A stretch of DNA of 64,000 bases, taken from the NCBI GenBank assembly GCA_963668625.2, contig CAXXKA010000005.1, forward strand, positions 128,001 to 192,000. The letters are read 5' to 3'. The notes below the pieces were generated by a model. That model was not told where the DNA came from. It made no database searches and saw nothing but the letters and a program-made list of their open reading frames with translations. Numbering within the stretch: position 1 is the stretch's first letter; each line of letters opens with the position of its first letter. Below, piece by piece: positions 62,391 through 64,000 of the stretch. This DNA is from an uncultured candidate division Zixibacteria bacterium (GTDB lineage: Bacteria > Zixibacteria > MSB-5A5 > UBA10806 > 4484-95). Both the position numbers and the translations under genes were made by a program.

Positions 62391-62837
62391 ATGGATAAAA
62401 TTGACAAGATTAAGGAGCGATTCGAGACAATAACCACTGAACAAGGCTGCGAATTAGCGGAACTTAACGGCACACGGCTTGGCGGACATATGGTTATCAG
62501 AGCCTTTATCCATAAGCCCGGCGGCATTACACTGGATGATTGCACCAGGGTTGCCCGTGCTTGTTCAGATTTTCTTGATATTGAGAACCCGATTCAGGGA
62601 CAGTATCAACTGGAGGTCTCATCGCTGGGGTTGGATCGCCCCTTAGTTAAACCTGCAGATTTCAACCGTCGCGTTGGAGAGGAAATAAAGCTGGAATTCG
62701 ATCCTAAAAAAAGCCCTAAAAGAAGGGTTAGAGGAAAACTGGTTAAAACCGATGACAATGGTGTAACCTTAGAGATAGATGATGAAGAACAATATTTCGC
62801 TTATGACCAGATAGTCAGGGGGAAAATCCTTTATTAG
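62391..62837 (+). CDS. rimP: Ribosome maturation factor RimP
   Basis: GITLDDC, YQLEVSSLGLDRPL motifs; upstream of nusA. Confidence 0.93.
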   Translation: MDKIDKIKERFETITTEQGCELAELNGTRLGGHMVIRAFIHKPGGITLDDCTRVARACSDFLDIENPIQGQYQLEVSSLGLDRPLVKPADFNRRVGEEIKLEFDPKKSPKRRVRGKLVKTDDNGVTLEIDDEEQYFAYDQIVRGKILY

Positions 62838-62856
62838 AAAATAACGGAGAGTAGCA

Positions 62857-64000
62857 ATGGATTATGATATTCTTGAATCATTAACTCTGATCGCCCAGGA
62901 GAAGAATCTCGAACTCGAATACGTGCTCGAGACAGTCGAGGCGGCGCTGGTACAGGCGGCCCGGAAGAAATTCGGTGATAACGACACGATCAAAGCTGAA
63001 ATCGACCGCAACACGGGCGAGGTCAGGGTATCCTGGACCAAGATCGTAGTCGATGAGATAATCGACAGGGCCAACGAGGCGCTGGTCGAGGAGGCCGAGG
63101 AGTTTTACTCCGATGTCGAGGTTGGTCAGGAACTTGATTTCCCTCTGGATTTCGCCGAGTTCGGTCGTAACGCGATAGCCTCCGCCAAGCAGATACTCAT
63201 ACAGAAAGTCCGTGAGGCGGAACGCGAACAGATATACGAGGAATATATACAGAAAGTCGGCGAGATGATAACCGGAACCGTACAGCAGATTGACAAAGGC
63301 AATATCATAGTCAATCTCGGTCGGGCTGAGGGTATCATTTTAAATAAAGAACAGATCAAGAAAGAGAAATTCAGGCAAGGCGACAGGATCAAGGCCTTTA
63401 TATACGATATACAAAAATCCAATCGGGGCCCGCAGATCAATTTGACTCGCTCATCACCGGATTTCCTCAAAAAGCTGTTCGAAAACGAGGTACCGGAAAT
63501 CTCCGAGAGGATCATCGAGGTAAAAGCTATCGCCCGCGAACCCGGGGAGCGTTCGAAAGTGGCGGTGTATTCAAATGATGATCGTATCGATGCTGTCGGC
63601 GCCTGTGTAGGCGTAAAAGGCAGTCGCGTGCAGAACATAGTACGCGAGCTCAACAACGAGCGAATCGACATCGTACCCTGGTCATCAGAGCCGATGATAT
63701 TCGTTACCAAGAGTCTGGCCCCGGCCAAGATCGTTCATGTCGATATCTCGCCCGAGGATCAGAAAATGCTGGTAGTTGTTGCCGATGACAAGTTGTCACT
63801 GGCTATCGGTAAAACCGGACAGAACGCCAGGCTGGCGGCTAAGCTGACCGGCTGGAAAATCAATATCATGTCCGAGACCGAATATAATGCTCTTCGCCAA
63901 ACCGAGGAGATGGAGAAGGTCGATATCGAGGATATGGAGGAGCTTAAAGAGGTCATGGTTCAGAAGCTTCTCTCGATTGGTATAGAGACTGCCCAGGATA
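62857..64000 (+). CDS. nusA: Transcription factor NusA (3' partial)
   Basis: FGRNAIASAKQ, AREPGERSKVAV, GACVGVKGSRVQ, AIGKTGQNARLAAKLTGWKI; runs off the window. Confidence 0.96.
   Translation, partial: MDYDILESLTLIAQEKNLELEYVLETVEAALVQAARKKFGDNDTIKAEIDRNTGEVRVSWTKIVVDEIIDRANEALVEEAEEFYSDVEVGQELDFPLDFAEFGRNAIASAKQILIQKVREAEREQIYEEYIQKVGEMITGTVQQIDKGNIIVNLGRAEGIILNKEQIKKEKFRQGDRIKAFIYDIQKSNRGPQINLTRSSPDFLKKLFENEVPEISERIIEVKAIAREPGERSKVAVYSNDDRIDAVGACVGVKGSRVQNIVRELNNERIDIVPWSSEPMIFVTKSLAPAKIVHVDISPEDQKMLVVVADDKLSLAIGKTGQNARLAAKLTGWKINIMSETEYNALRQTEEMEKVDIEDMEELKEVMVQKLLSIGIETAQD

Overview
Bacterial chromosomal window, almost entirely + strand. Several secreted proteins carry a 'YPNPFN' T9SS-type-A/FlgD-like C-terminal domain (CTD), which suggests an FCB-group organism such as Zixibacteria (inference). 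In order: a sigma54-type promoter and heat-shock cluster (hsp20-hsp20-small ORF-dnaK-J protein-dnaJ-hypothetical-clpB); dtd-maf-rodZ-smc-ftsY-yjbQ-rlmH; an FMN riboswitch with ribD-ribE-ribBA-ribH-nusB; an AT-rich three-gene island; rpsA; an envelope/LPS cluster (TagF-like transferase, IPCT-like nucleotidyltransferase, msbA, GT9 enzymes, O-antigen ligase); rel/spoT-pgeF-two OMPs-uppP-GT9-amrS-aminotransferase-ROK kinase; an archaemetzincin; a PlsAR/Ger-like 1373-aa activase fusion; propionyl-CoA carboxylase subunits and mce; three more CTD proteins, one split by an IS3 element; a 128-bp MITE; rimP and partial nusA. The strongest unusual signal is the 21.4-26.3 kb island. There a 401-bp near-identical direct repeat creates an in-frame chimera between the 5' end of a P-domain/CTD gene and the 3' half of a divergent paralog of the upstream transglutaminase-like gene, resembling a cassette-acquisition system for variable secreted proteins. 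Also notable are the IPCT-like plus TagF-like pair beside LPS genes, the candidate ether-lipid enzyme, nested REP/MITE elements and an unannotated 47-aa membrane ORF coupled to dnaK. No tRNA, rRNA or CRISPR array was seen. All alignments and counts were done by eye.
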